NCBI RefSeq assembly: GCF_001194135.2
Contig: NC_068992.1
Coordinates: forward strand, 50,033,968 to 50,093,674
Length of the DNA: 59,707 nt
Reading direction: 5' to 3'
From: Octopus bimaculoides
Taxonomy: Eukaryota
Below the pieces are notes generated by a model. It saw only the letters and a program-made list of their open reading frames with translations, was not told the origin of the DNA and did not search any database. This document shows positions 12,532 to 26,940 of this stretch, one piece after another; positions within the stretch are counted from its first letter, which is position 1; each line of letters starts with the position of its first letter. The position numbers were made by a program, and so were the translations under genes.

Positions 12532-14528
12532 TAACTATGTCTATCCATCTACACACACACACGTCAAGGGGAGAGAAAAAGAGAAATGGACTAATTCATA
12601 GCAAGCAAACCAATAAAGATTAGAAGAGATAGTGAAGATAAACATGAGAAAGAGCTTCAACTGTCTTAGAATAACCAATAAAAGTTAGATTCTCAACATA
12701 ATGTCAGAAAGATAATGAAGCAAACAAGAAATGGTCTGTGCCAACAATAATTAGTTCAGAGGAGAGCTTTCAGAAAGATTCTCCACAAACATTCCTATAG
12801 GAGGGTTAATTCTGTTAGTAGGTGGATCAATATATGATTAGGTCAATATATAAATCAACCAATCAGTAAAATTAATCTATACACAATTAGTTCTTTGTAT
12901 AGATTAGTTGATCTGTGATTGAGTTTTGGTTTGTTTTGTTTTTGTCTCCTTTTTCCATGCTTCCATGGGTTGGACAAAAGTTCATGATGTGGTATTCTAC
13001 AGCTGGATGCACTTCTTGGTGCTAATTCTGATGGGTTTCCAAGTAAGGTCCTTATTCCACAGGTCTTCACGTATTTTCACTGAGCTGCTGGACATGTTGG
13101 TTATGCAGAACAAATGATATTACCTTAGTCCAAGCAAGACAGAGACAATTGCACACACACACACACACACTATAGGCTTCTGTACAGTTTTTATTTTCCA
13201 AATTTCGCTGTGCAGCACCAAGCGTTTCTTACTATAGCCTTGGGTTGACTAAGACCATGGAAAACAAAAAAAACTTTTGACCAAAGTGGCATATAATCCC
13301 ATTGCATGCCAGCTTCTCAAGTACAGGGCTATAGCTGCTCCTACAACAAGAGGCAATGAAAATAAAAGACATATTTGAGATATTAGGGAATATCTGTATT
13401 TTCCTCCTATCTGATAAGTTTGTTGAAACTATAAAAATATATCTAGAGAATTCTGAAAAATAATTGAAAAATAATTAGAAATTGAAAAGACAAAGAAAAA
13501 AAAGAGCAAAACAACTTTAAATTTGGATGAAAGGAAAAATAAAAAAAAATATTGAATATCCCAGCATGGCCACCACCAATTAGCTACAACCAGTAAAAGC
13601 GTGTAAAAGAAATATTTTCTTCATTCTTTTCTCTCAAAGCATGAAGCGACCATTCTATTATCTACAGGAGTAAAATAAGAACAAAGTGTAGGTGAATGAG
13701 TTAACATCAGAATATTAATTATAGTTAAGGTGCCAAAACAAAGCGGTGTCCATAGTTGCTTGACCAGCAAGAAACAGCAGCCAGAACTTCTTTCAACTTA
13801 GAAAACAGAAATTCACATCAGCTAATTTTGTCTTAAAATTGCAATACAAGAAAAACGGTCGACACAGATGGAGTATCTTCAGTTATAGGTCTGCTCTGTC
13901 AGAGAATACTTGAAGTTGAACAACAACTGGCATTTACATTGCTCATGGAATTGGTTAATTAAAGTAAACCTCAATGAGCCATACTCAGAGTATAGGAAGA
14001 CATTGCTAAATTCTCTACAAGAGTGGGCACTAAACTTTTAATATGAAAGGGCCAAGTTAAGGAGCCAAACTTGAAGAAGGTCCTGTTTCCATTTTTCAAA
14101 TTGATCTGTCAGTTTTATTAGTTTGGATGAAAAAGATGGAAGATATTTATAATATTTGTCAATAATAGCAGCTTCTAGCGGAAATTTTTAAATAAAAAAA
14201 TTTAACTTTGAAGAATATAAGTGTAAATTTTTACACAAGGGCTGTAGATTTGGAATCACTAGTGGAAAACTTTTAACCTGGCATTGTACCATTTCTGTAA
14301 AATTACTGTCAGAAATGCATAAATCACAATTGTTTCAATCAATTGCTTACAATAATTGTGGAAGAAATTTAACCTTTTTGAGACCATATTTTTAACAAGA
14401 ATACATTCTGCTTTGAAGAAATTCAACCCTTTTGTGATGGTATAACTTATGAAAATATATTCTGTATCTGTGCTTTCTTCAAGCCACTGCAACTGAGATG
14501 CATTTGACCATGTTACACCAAGAATCTG

Positions 14529-14764
14529 TTTCTTATTTCTTTACTGCCCACAAGGGGCTACACACAGAGGGGACAAACAAGGACAGACAAACGAATTAAG
14601 TCGATTATATCGACCCCAGTGCGTAACTGGTACTTATTTAATCGACCCTGAAAGGATGAAAGGCAAAGTTGACCTCGGCGGAATTTGAACTCAGAATGTA
14701 GTGGCAGACGAAATACCGCTAAGCATTTCGCCCAGTGTGCTAACGATTCTGCCAGCTCGCCACC
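14529..14764 (-). mobile_element. Near-intact SINE family B
   Basis: Very similar to 40563-40799, including the tail ttgtgggcagtaaagaaataagaa. Confidence 0.88.
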
Positions 14765-15325
14765 AGCTCTCTGTTTATTCTTAGCTTTTGTAGATTCTCA
14801 ATTCAATGTTGTGTGCATCTGTGAATACTATCAACATAGTTGGGTGGTCTTTGCCCTTTTATTAAGATGTAAAAGTCTCCAAATTATAACATATGATGCC
14901 CAGTACAATAGCATTGGTTAGGCAAGTCTACTCCACATTGAGCAACAGTAGTAGACATGGGTAGAATGGGCTCATAAATCCCTTAGGTCTTGTGCTCATG
15001 AGATGTCTGGTATATATACCATCAAAGCGATCTTGAAGCTTTTTCTTAGTCTAGGTTTCAGTTCTGTAGAAAGGAACTCCAGCCTTGCTGCTTGACTACC
15101 AAATGCTGTGAAGCTTCCTACAGGCATTCCAAAGCTTTAATCTTTGAATTTTAAATTTATAATGTAATAAAAATTATGGGATGTTTAATGAAATAACTAA
15201 CTTAACACAAGATAAACTTTTTTACACATTGAAATCTCATATAAGATATAATTATTATATCTTATAATAATATCTGTCATATAAAAAATAGTGTGTGTGT
15301 GTGTGAGTGTATACATATATGTGAA

Positions 15326-15461
15326 GGCACATGGCTCAGTGGTTAGAGTGTTGGGCTCACAATCATGAGGTAGTGAGATCAATTCCCAGACTGGGCTGTG
15401 TGTTGTGTTTTTGAGCAAGACACTTTATTTCATGTTGCTCCAATTAACTCAGCTGTAGAAA

Positions 15462-15463
<2 letters not shown>
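15326..15463 (+). mobile_element. tRNA-derived SINE family C, 5' part (cut by microsatellite and gap)
   Basis: ggcacatggctcagtggttagag (A box)...gagatcaattccc (B-box-like)...ttgagcaagacacttt. Related pieces at about 4205-4335, 16843-17040 and 45335-45560 (minus). Confidence 0.75.
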
Positions 15464-15502
<39 letters not shown>

Positions 15503-16285
15503 NNNNNNNNNNNNNNNNNNNNNNNNNNNNNNNNNNNNNNNNNNNNNNNNNNNNNNNNNNNNNNNNNNNNNNNNNNNNNNNNNNNNNNNNNNNNNNNNNN
15601 NNNNNNNNNNNNNNNNNNNNNNNNNNNNNNNNNNNNNNNNNNNNNNNNNNNNNNNNNNNNNNNNNNNNNNNNNNNNNNNNNNNNNNNNNNNNNNNNNNNN
15701 NNNNNNNNNNNNNNNNNNNNNNNNNNNNNNNNNNNNNNNNNNNNNNNNNNNNNNNNNNNNNNNNNNNNNNNNNNNNNNNNNNNNNNNNNNNNNNNNNNNN
15801 NNNNNNNNNNNNNNNNNNNNNNNNNNNNNNNNNNNNNNNNNNNNNNNNNNNNNNNNNNNNNNNNNNNNNNNNNNNNNNNNNNNNNNNNNNNNNNNNNNNN
15901 NNNNNNNNNNNNNNNNNNNNNNNNNNNNNNNNNNNNNNNNNNNNNNNNNNNNNNNNNNNNNNNNNNNNNNNNNNNNNNNNNNNNNNNNNNNNNNNNNNNN
16001 NNNNNNNNNNNNNNNNNNNNNNNNNNNNNNNNNNNNNNNNNNNNNNNNNNNNNNNNNNNNNNNNNNNAAAAAAAGACAGAAAATGAAGAATAAAACACAA
16101 CAAACAGAAAAGTAAGAAAGAACACAAGAGGCAGTCCCAGAGTTGTCGAATACGTGAGTCTGGTAGGTTTATTCCCAGTACAACACATTGTAAAGAAGAC
16201 GCTTGTCTTCATTGTTTAGAATCAGTGTACAACATTGAGCATACATTATACAAAGAAACGAAGGGAGAGAGAGAGAGAGAAAGAA

Positions 16286-16352
<67 letters not shown>

Positions 16353-18637
16353 ACAGATTGTAGAAGCATGCACAGTTTAACTTAAAATCTAAAGGTTCTT
16401 AGTTCAATTGCTACATGCAACACTAACAATAGCAACAACAGATAATAAATACAAAATAATAATGATAATAATAACAACAACAATATAATAATAATAATAA
16501 TAACGATAATAATAATTAATTTGTTTACTGTTTCCAATCTACAAGGTTTTTTTGTGTATATATTTTCTCTTTGTTTATGACATGTGAAACAAGACTAACA
16601 GATGTAATTTATATGTTTTTTTTCATATTTGTTCTCAATGAAATCTTTAAAAATAAAACAAAAATTAAATAAAAATTATTGTATTTGATTTTTTTGCCCG
16701 TAATTTGTAAGTTTTGTTGCGGAAATGGGTAGGTGGGTTGGGGAATAGGGAGGGGAGGAGATGAAAACCAAGGCAAAGTAAATTCAGGGAGAATTAGGCA
16801 TTGTCTAATAGGGCGGAGAGAATTTATTGATTAAGAACTTTTGACCATGAGTTGTGACATCACTGGTGCCAAGTTGTATTGGCCTTTCCCTTGGACAACA
16901 CCTGTGGTGTGGAGAGGGGAGGGCGGTATGCATGGGCAACTGTTGGTCTTCCATAAAACAACTATGCCTGGACTTGTGCCTGGGAGGGTAACTTTCTAGG
17001 TGCAATCCCATGGTCATTCATGTCCGAAGGGGATCCTCACAGATATATATATATATGTGAGTAAAAATAAATACAAAAAAAGGGGTTTTGTATGATTGTG
17101 TATAGAGGAATATATTATTTTGTTTAAAAGAGTTCCAACTCTGTCTGTTTTTTATGTTCTATTTATATTCTTGTAAAATTAATGTGGGATATAGAATATG
17201 GAATATACAATATATAATATAAAAATGGATGGTACAATGAAATAAAGTANNNNNNNNNNNNNNNNNNNNNNNNNNNNNNNNNNNNNNNNNNNNNNNNNNN
17301 NNNNNNNNNNNNNNNNNNNNNNNNNNNNNNNNNNNNNNNNNNNNNNNNNNNNNNNNNNNNNNNNNNNNNNNNNNNNNNNNNNNNNNNNNNNNNNNNNNNN
17401 NNNNNNNNNNNNNNNNNNNNNNNNNNNNNNNNNNNNNNNNNNNNNNNNNNNNNNNNNNNNNNNNNNNNNNNNNNNNNNNNNNNNNNNNNNNNNNNNNNNN
17501 NNNNNNNNNNNNNNNNNNNNNNNNNNNNNNNNNNNNNNNNNNNNNNNNNNNNNNNNNNNNNNNNNNNNNNNNNNNNNNNNNNNNNNNNNNNNNNNNNNNN
17601 NNNNNNNNNNNNNNNNNNNNNNNNNNNNNNNNNNNNNNNNNNNNNNNNNNNNNNNNNNNNNNNNNNNNNNNNNNNNNNNNNNNNNNNNNNNNNNNNNNNN
17701 NNNNNNNNNNNNNNNNNNNNNNNNNNNNNNNNNNNNNNNNNNNNNNCAGTTTGAACACAAAACAGGTATACTATCTAGGCCAGATATAGTTAGTTTAAAT
17801 ACTAAAAGGCTAAATGTAAAATTGTGATACATAGAAAACGGCCCCCCATCCCAAAAAATCCATTACAATATTTAAAAGTTCTAGACACATCCATTATAAT
17901 TGTTATTGAAATTTTGTCTGTCTACAATGTTTTAAGGTTGGGGTAAAAAAAAAAAAAAAAAGCCACACAATTGATATTCTTGTAGGTTTTTAAACTAATC
18001 AGAAAAGTTTGTTTCATTTAATTCAACACAAAACAAAACTAACTTATGCAAACATAAATCACAAAATTTTGAAGAAATGAAAGAACTTCTTTGCGATCAA
18101 TCAGCCTGACCTGATCTATGTAGGAAACAAATATTCTGCAGTTAATTATTCCTTACCATTTTCAGAAGAGGAATCATATAAAGTCTATGAGAGGACTATT
18201 AGAAGATCATTTGATTAGTTCCAAGAACAAGAAAGACAGAATGTTTTCATTAATGAATTCTTGCCCAGAAAATTTGCTACAGACAGTGATAATGACAAAC
18301 ATTAATAAATTCTGGCAAGAATACCATTATGAATTACTGGCCAAGCAGAACTGACAAAAAGCAGCAATAACATGTATACACACATATATAAATGCAGACA
18401 CACGCACACACATACACTGTGTGATTAAGAAGTTTGCATTGCAATTGTGTGGCGTTGGATAAAATTCTGTTAGACAACATCTGTTGCCTTATACTGTAGC
18501 TATAAGCTAAACAATGCCTGATGAGAGAAACTGCCAGACAGAAACTGTGTGGAGGCCCATCATGTGTGTATACACACACACAAGTTTTGTGGTACAAGCA
18601 GGATAAAAGGAACTTAGGAAATGAATATATGTGTGTG

Positions 18638-18674
<37 letters not shown>

Positions 18675-18774
18675 NNNNNNNNNNNNNNNNNNNNNNNNNN
18701 NNNNNNNNNNNNNNNNNNNNNNNNNNNNNNNNNNNNNNNNNNNNNNNNNNNNNNNNNNNNNNNNNNNNNNNNNN

Positions 18775-19590
18775 CATTTTATATTTTTAATTTTGTGCAT
18801 GCTCATTATTTGCTCTTGATTTTGTTGACTACACAGTATAGTAGAATGAGTTGGGCACCGTCTGAGAAAAACAGCATCATGATGCAATTCACTCAACCAG
18901 AAATTTGGAAACAACATACCGTACTGCTTGGCATTCGCATTGGAATTTCCAGTACGTACAGATGGTGAACACACTGAACAAAAATTGGCTTGCTGTGTCC
19001 TCAAAACATGTACTAAGAGTGATAAAAATCAAACATCCAGTCAACATCATGGTGTTTGGAGTGATGGCATGGCAACATTATGTCTCCATTCATCTTCCCA
19101 CATGGCCTCAGACTCAACACAGAGGCCTACATCAAGTGCCTGGAGGAGGTAGTGCCGCTCAGGGTCAAGAGAATGGTTACTGGAAAACCCAGTCGTGGCT
19201 GTCTCAAACAGTTTCTGCAACCAAATCACCCCTCACATTTGGCCACCTTACTCCCCAGACTGCAACCCACTTGATTATTATATGTGGGGTGCAATTGAGT
19301 GAGAGAACAAAAAAACTCCCTGTAACACCAAAGATGAACTGAAGGCAAGGATTATGGCAGCATTCACCAACTTTAACAAGGAGACCATCCAGAAGAGTTG
19401 CAGGGGATTCCAATGGCGTCTGGAGGCCGTGGTTGAAGCCAATGGCGATTTTATTGAATAAATTTATTTTTTTATATTTCAAGATATTTTTATGTAATTT
19501 TGGTAAATATATCTGTTAAAATGAGATGCAAGTGTTATTTTCATTTTTGCATAATTTAGACGACAATATATGTACTACACTCTGTGTGTA
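18775..19590 (+). mobile_element. Deleted maT (DD37D-like) element; left end in gap
   Basis: MQFTQPEIWKQHTVLLGI (N-terminus), KHPVNIMVFGV, HGLRLNTEAYIKCLEEV and a frameshifted SPDCNPLDY region; right end cgacaat...ctctgtg resembles the terminus at 36325-36350. Confidence 0.8.
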
Positions 19591-20229
19591 TATGTATATA
19601 TACATACATACATATATGTACACATATCAAAATAGTTTAGATATGATCTGTTAGATTTGCAGCAGAGCACATATGAGTCAGTTTAATTATTTGTTTATTT
19701 TCCAAAATATAAGCTACACCGTCATCTACTGAATAAAGACAGTGGATAAACATAGATTTTTCCACATTAGAATTCTAATTAACAGAACCAATTAAGAAAC
19801 CATTTGCTGATTAACAACATCACTGATGTCTAACACTTAGATTTGTTTCATTTTATTTTGCATTTAACTCTTCTTCTTCCAGGAAAATCCTCATTTGATC
19901 TAAATCTTAACTATTTAGTTGAACAGCTTCACTACAAAGATGTTGTGAATGTATGAATGGATGTATTTGTCACATGATCCTTGAGCAGTTTAATGATTGG
20001 TTCTTGAGATTATGGTCAGGTTTGTATCTATTTAAAAAGTGTTCACAACATCTATGAAGTAAACAGTTCCCTTGGAAAATGCTTCTGGCAAAACAAAAAA
20101 TACCAAAAACAAATAAAATCTTTGGTAGACCTGTTAAATTTCACAACTTGAAATATAAGTACACACTACTACCTTCATATAGAATACTCTCTTCATTATT
20201 AAAAGCAACAAACTACAGCATGTATGTAT

Positions 20230-20284
<55 letters not shown>

Positions 20285-20366
20285 AAGAGAGAGAGAGATG
20301 ATAATATATATGTGTATGTATATGTGTGTGTGTTTGTGTGTATAAATATGTATACANNNNNNNNNN

Positions 20367-20410
<44 letters not shown>

Positions 20411-20509
20411 TTGCAATATGTATTGAGCACTCCTCTCTCATTTGCTTGATGTAAATCATTATACCTACATACACAGACTCATATATGTGACTTTGTTACT
20501 ATAAATGTT

Positions 20510-20545
<36 letters not shown>

Positions 20546-21066
20546 CACACATAAATTGATATATGTGCATATATATATATATATATATATATNNNNNNNN
20601 NNNNNNNNNNNNNNNNNNNNNNNNNNNNNNNNNNNNNNNNNNNNNNNNNNNNNNNNNNNNNNNNNNNNNNNNNNNNNNNNNNNNNNNNNNNNNNNNNNNN
20701 NNNNNNNNNNNNNNNNNNNNNNNNNNNNNNNNNNNNNNNNNNNNNNNNNNNNNNNNNNNNNNNNNNNNNNNNNNNNNNNNNNNNNNNNNNNNNNNNNNNN
20801 NNNNNNNNNNNNNNNNNNNNNNNNNNNNNNNNNNNNNNNNNNNNNNNNNNNNNNNNNNNNNNNNNNNNNNNNNNNNNNNNNNNNNNNNNNNNNNNNNNNN
20901 NNNNNNNNNNNNNNNNNNNNNNNNNNNNNNNNNNNNNNNNNNNNNNNNNNNNNNNNNNNNACACTTAATGTGGGCTACTGCCATGCTGAGAAGTTATTCC
21001 ATTCATTAAAAGATGTGTAAACATTATAAAAAATATATACACCTGCTCATAATACAATATGATATA

Positions 21067-21105
<39 letters not shown>

Positions 21106-21391
21106 ATGTGGCAGAGTGCTTGTGTATGTGTGTAGGTGAAAGTGATTGTACAGTGTACGAAACCCAACAATTCAATATCTCTATTATAAATGTATATTTG
21201 GGTTTTAAAGAAAGACACAGAGGAATATTTAAGAAAATGTTTCATTTTTCTTGTTGGTTCACCATTGATTATCTTGTTTCTTTCCTCTTTTGACAAGCTG
21301 AAGGCCCTAATGTCCTTTGTTCATTCCTTCTAGATTTCAGGAATAACAACAACCAGCTGTTAATCTCAACATCGAATGATGTTCTTTTGAA

Positions 21392-21466
<75 letters not shown>

Positions 21467-21807
21467 CCTCTTTCAAAATTTTTCTTAAAAAGCAAAAAAA
21501 AAAACGAGCAACTGTTTCATGCAGTTGTCTTTGTTTCTTTTTCCAGAACACTGTGTCAGGTGGAAAGATATTTTGACAGTGCCAATGATGACAACGAAGA
21601 AGATGATGAAGAAGAAGACGAAAAAAAAAGAACAAAAATGGCCCATCAATTGATCGTCTTTTGCCGCAAGATACCAACCACTGAAGCGAGTACAGCCAGA
21701 TCATTAGAAGTACAAAGCAAAAGTAGATGTAAATGCATAGAGATTTGTTTTTTTTACTTTAGATGTTTCTTCTTCGTACTGATGTCAAGACTGAAATCTT
21801 ATCTCAC

Positions 21808-21853
21808 CTGTATCCATGGATGACTCATACAGTCTGTAGCACTGGCTCGTTTC
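21808..21853 (-). CDS. DAPK1: DAPK-like exon (46 nt): end of kinase domain
   Basis: atatcacag|G AAA CGA GCC...ATA CAG|gtgaga; encodes (R)KRASATDCMSHPWIQ. Confidence 0.93.
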
Positions 21854-22350
21854 CTGTGATATTGAAGAAGAAAAGAAAGGCAGAAGTTATAAAAAATACC
21901 CTTTTTAAAACAATGGTAAAAAAAAAAACATGCAATGACAAAACGAAGGTATACTTTTTTACTTGTTTCAGTCATTTGACTGCGGCCTGTCATTTCCAAG
22001 CGTTTCTAAAAGTTAAAAAGCCGTCATTACGTTACAGATGTCCACCGTGCAATGTGATAAACAGCCTCTTAACTGTTTGAAGAGTTGCTGAAGTTAGCAC
22101 GGTTGATATTATGGATGAGGTTAAAAACAAATCTATAGGAAAGCAGCATGAAGAAAATTCATTTTAATCTCTTAAAATCCAGTGCAATTTCTAACAATAT
22201 ATATGTGCGCATGTGTGTGTGTGTGTTGCATGTGTGAATGTATGTATCTGTTTGTATACATACATGCAGACATACATACAGATGCAGGCATGGCTATGTG
22301 GTAAGAAGTTTGCTTCCCAACCACATGATCCCAGCATCAGTGGTGGTGGT

Positions 22351-22388
<38 letters not shown>

Positions 22389-23319
22389 NNNNNNNNNNNN
22401 NNNNNNNNNNNNNNNNNNNNNNNNNNNNNNNNNNNNNNNNNNNNNNNNNNNNNNNNNNNNNNNNNNNNNNNNNNNNNNNNNNNNNNNNNNNNNNNNNNNN
22501 NNNNNNNNNNNNNNNNNNNNNNNNNNNNNNNNNNNNNNNNNNNNNNNNNNNNNNNNNNNNNNNNNNNNNNNNNNNNNNNNNNNNNNNNNNNNNNNNNNNN
22601 NNNNNNNNNNNNNNNNNNNNNNNNNNNNNNNNNNNNNNNNNNNNNNNNNNNNNNNNNNNNNNNNNNNNNNNNNNNNNNNNNNNNNNNNNNNNNNNNNNNN
22701 NNNNNNNNNNNNNNNNNNNNNNNNNNNNNNNNNNNNNNNNNNNNNNNNNNNNNNNNNNNNNNNNNNNNNNNNNNNNNNNNNNNNNNNNNNNNNNNNNNNN
22801 NNNNNNNNNNNNNNNNNNNNNNNNNNNNNNNNNNNNNNNNNNNNNNNNNNNNNNNNNNNNNNNNNNNNNNNNNNNNNNNNNNNNNNNNNNNNNNNNNNNN
22901 NNNNNNNNNNNNNNNNNNNNNNNNNNNNNNNNNNNNNNNNNNNNNNNNNNNNNNNNNNNTATATATATATATATTAAATATATGTTGCTGATAATGTTTA
23001 GTACACTAGCGCCACTTCAATTTCATATTTGAATATATTTTTTATGTATATATATATGTGTGTATGAGCATTTAAAATCTTTAAGAGCCAGGAGTGCTAC
23101 TCAACCTTTATTTTTAATCTATTCACCCTTACCCACATTAAAAATTGCTATAAACACCTAAGTAGCAACAATGACTAATATTAAACTTTATTTGTCCACT
23201 TATCATTTGATCGAAGTAGCACTGTTCAGTTGAATTATAATTACGTGTTTCAATGTTGGATATTAAAAAAAAAATAAACATAGATTAATTAAGACTTATT
23301 TTTAATTCTTACTAATTTT

Positions 23320-23525
23320 GGCACAGGGCCAGCAAATTTTGAATGGACTGGGAAGATCTATGGCATCAATCCCAATACTGAACTGGTACTTATTTTATCA
23401 ACGGCAGAAGGATAAAAGACAAATTCAACTTTGTTAGGATTTGAACTTAGAATGTAAAGAGTTGGATAAATAGCTGTTAAGCATTTTATCCAACATGTTA
23501 ATGATTCTGTCAGCTCACCACTTTT
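23320..23525 (-). mobile_element. Degenerate SINE family B
   Basis: ctggtacttattttatc...atttgaacttagaatgtaa...ctgtcagctcacc. Confidence 0.7.
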
Positions 23526-23838
23526 AAACCAGTTTTTGATAAAAATGTTTTTGTATTCCATGAGAAAAAAAGTTTTTGGATTCCATGAGAAAAAAAAACA
23601 AAAAAAACGAAAGGACCTTTTATACACTCATAGATTGTTATATATACTTATGATCATGAGTCTTCACTATAAACTGCTTGATTGGTGTTTTATTTTACAG
23701 ATACCCTCACCCCTGAAGGAGAAAAGGCAGAGTCGACATTGGTTGGATCTGAATACTGGATGCAAAGAGCTGGAAAATATAATACAATTCTGCCAATTAA
23801 ATCACCTTGAGTAATCAGGATGAACATTTAAATAATTA

Positions 23839-24015
<177 letters not shown>

Positions 24016-24121
24016 TTAAAAGGGATAAATGCAAACATATTTCGGAAAGATATACTCCTGTAGGCATCGTATTTCCACTGCAGAGCTGAATTCTAAGATT
24101 TATCTATTTTATTTCTGTACC

Positions 24122-24298
24122 CATATTTCGGCCAGAGTTCTTTCGTCACACTTCTGTGACCTCATCAGTGGTCCTTTGCTCTCTTCTTTTCTTATATGTG
24201 ATCGTTAGCAAGGAGGGACACACATATAAGAAAGAAGAAAGCAAAGGACCACTGATGAGGTCACAGAAGTGTGACGAAAGAACTCTGGCCGAAATATG
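24122..24298. repeat. Long inverted repeat (hairpin): 59-bp perfect outer stem, about 19-bp inner stem, 20-nt loop
   Basis: 24122-24180 is the exact reverse complement of 24240-24298. 24181-24200 pairs with 24221-24239 with one mismatch and one bulge. Loop 24201-24220. Confidence 0.97.
24130..24174 (-). ncRNA. Candidate minimal type I hammerhead ribozyme (pre-mRNA sense copy; identical copy on + at 24246-24290)
   Basis: GGACCA-CUGAUGA-G-GUCACA(GAAG)UGUGAC-GAAA-G(AA)C-UC-UGGCC. All conserved core nucleotides are present; stem II 6 bp; stem I 5 bp with a bulge; stem III only 2 bp; one extra G after A9. Confidence 0.55.
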
Positions 24299-25549
24299 AT
24301 TAATGTAATGGAATGTAATATAAAGCTGAAGCAAATTAACACCAAATATACAGTGTGTGTGTTTTTATTGGCTAAACTGGCAACATGACCATCTCCAAAT
24401 ACAACAATATCTGTTTCAACACACGATTTCACATCAAAAATCTTGCAAAACAAATATATATATATACATTATCNNNNNNNNNNNNNNNNNNNNNNNNNNN
24501 NNNNNNNNNNNNNNNNNNNNNNNNNNNNNNNNNNNNNNNNNNNNNNNNNNNNNNNNNNNNNNNNNNNNNNNNNNNNNNNNNNNNNNNNNNNNNNNNNNNN
24601 NNNNNNNNNNNNNNNNNNNNNNNNNNNNNNNNNNNNNNNNNNNNNNNNNNNNNNNNNNNNNNNNNNNNNNNNNNNNNNNNNNNNNNNNNNNNNNNNNNNN
24701 NNNNNNNNNNNNNNNNNNNNNNNNNNNNNNNNNNNNNNNNNNNNNNNNNNNNNNNNNNNNNNNNNNNNNNNNNNNNNNNNNNNNNNNNNNNNNNNNNNNN
24801 NNNNNNNNNNNNNNNNNNNNNNNNNNNNNNNNNNNNNNNNNNNNNNNNNNNNNNNNNNNNNNNNNNNNNNNNNNNNNNNNNNNNNNNNNNNNNNNNNNNN
24901 TAGTTTTATCAACTGCAGTTTTTATCATTATCACAAACATTTAAAAGAAAATTCTAAAAAAAAAACAAAAAACAAAAAAAAAACATTGATTAGTAGTTTG
25001 GGTAACAGTAGTAACAGGTGACAATTTTCTGTAGATATCAAACACAGGAAAAACAGTGGTGGTGGTGGTGGCAGGAGTGAAAGTGCTGATAGACTAGTAG
25101 GTGAGGGAGTAGTAGTAGTAATGATAGTGGTGGTGGTGGTAGTGGGGGTGAAGATAGTACTAGTAGGTTGGTAGTAAGTGGGGATTGTGATAATGATGGT
25201 GGTGGCGGTTGTAGTAGTAGTAGTAGTAGTAGTAGAAGTGGTAGTGGTGATAGTAGGGCGAAGGTGGCAGTGGTAGTAATGATAGTAGTAGTATTGGTAG
25301 TGGTGGTAGCAGGTATGAGTGAAGATGGTGATGAACTAGTAGAATTGGTGATCCACAAGTGAAATGGTAGTAGTAGTAGTAGTGATGATGTTGGTGACAG
25401 TAGGAGTAGGGTGATACCAAGGTGGGTGTTAGTTGGGGTGGTGATGATGGTGTAGTAGTAGTAGTAGTAGTAGTAAGTAACAAAGTGAACAAAAAACAAA
25501 AATAAGAAACAACAACAAAAGTAAAAACTTTGGAAGAGATCAATACTTA

Positions 25550-25897
<348 letters not shown>

Positions 25898-26320
25898 TTA
25901 CTCAAGTACCCAAAATAACAAGGAGTTTCTACCTCATAAACAGGAATTACACCACAGTTATTTTGTGATCTTTGCTACCCTGGTATCTATTAACCAATTT
26001 ATTTTGTCCGAGTTAATCATTAACTTAGAGAAAATAAATACATATANNNNNNNNNNNNNNNNNNNNNNNNNNNNNNNNNNNNNNNNNNNNNNNNNNNNNN
26101 NNNNNNNNNNNNNNNNNNNNNNNNNNNNNNNNNNNNNTATATATCTGGAGAATCTACTAGAATAGATGCAAGTGCTAATTCATAAAAACATGTGACATAT
26201 TAATAAAAATCTGTAAATGTACAACCATCCAGATATCTGAGTACCTTATTATTTTTTCTGATATATAATTCCTGTACATCACCTCCAAACATGCTAATAT
26301 ATATATATATATATATATAT

Positions 26321-26751
26321 ACTCTTTTACTTGTTTCAGTCATTTGACTGTGGCTATGCTGGAGCACCGCCTTTAGTCGAGCAAATCGACCCCAGGACTT
26401 ATTCTTTGTAAGCCTAGTGCTAATTCTATCAGTCTCTTTTGCTGAACCGCTAAGTTACGGGGACATAAACACACCAGCATTGATTGTCAAGCAATGTTGG
26501 GGAAGGGGACAAACACAGACACACACACATATATTCCTTTATTCTTTTATTTGTTTCAATCATTTGACTGCGGCCATGCTGGAGCACCATCTTTAGTTTA
26601 ACAAATCGACCCCAGGACTTATTCTTTGTAAGCCTAGTACTTATTCTATCAGTCTATTTTGCTAAACTGCTAAGTTTTGGGAATGTAAACACACCACCGT
26701 CGGTTGTCAAGAGATGGTGGGAGGACAAACACAAACACACAAACATATACA

Positions 26752-26787
<36 letters not shown>

Positions 26788-26940
26788 AGGCTTCTTCCAG
26801 TTTCCATCTACCAGATCCACTCACAAAGCTCTGGTAGGCCCGAGGCTATAGTAGAAGACATTTGCTGAAGGTGTTACACAGTGGGACTGAACCTTGAACC
26901 ATGTGGTTGAGAAGCAAGCTTCTTACCACACAGCCATGCC
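26321..26940 (-). mobile_element. Two tandem SINE family A copies (3' half plus full length)
   Basis: Both carry the reverse complement of the family A tail (tcttttacttgtttcagtcatttgactg...); head ggcatggctgtgtggtaag ends at 26940. Confidence 0.85.

Noticed and set aside
14030-14262. Possible old hAT MITE
   Set aside because: The ends only loosely resemble hAT TIRs and no TSD is recoverable.
24029-24067. Additional hammerhead on minus (AUGC-CUACA-GGA...UCC-GAAA-UAUG-UUU-GCAU)
   Set aside because: Stem geometry is suggestive, but CUACA is not CUGANGA; at most a dead remnant.
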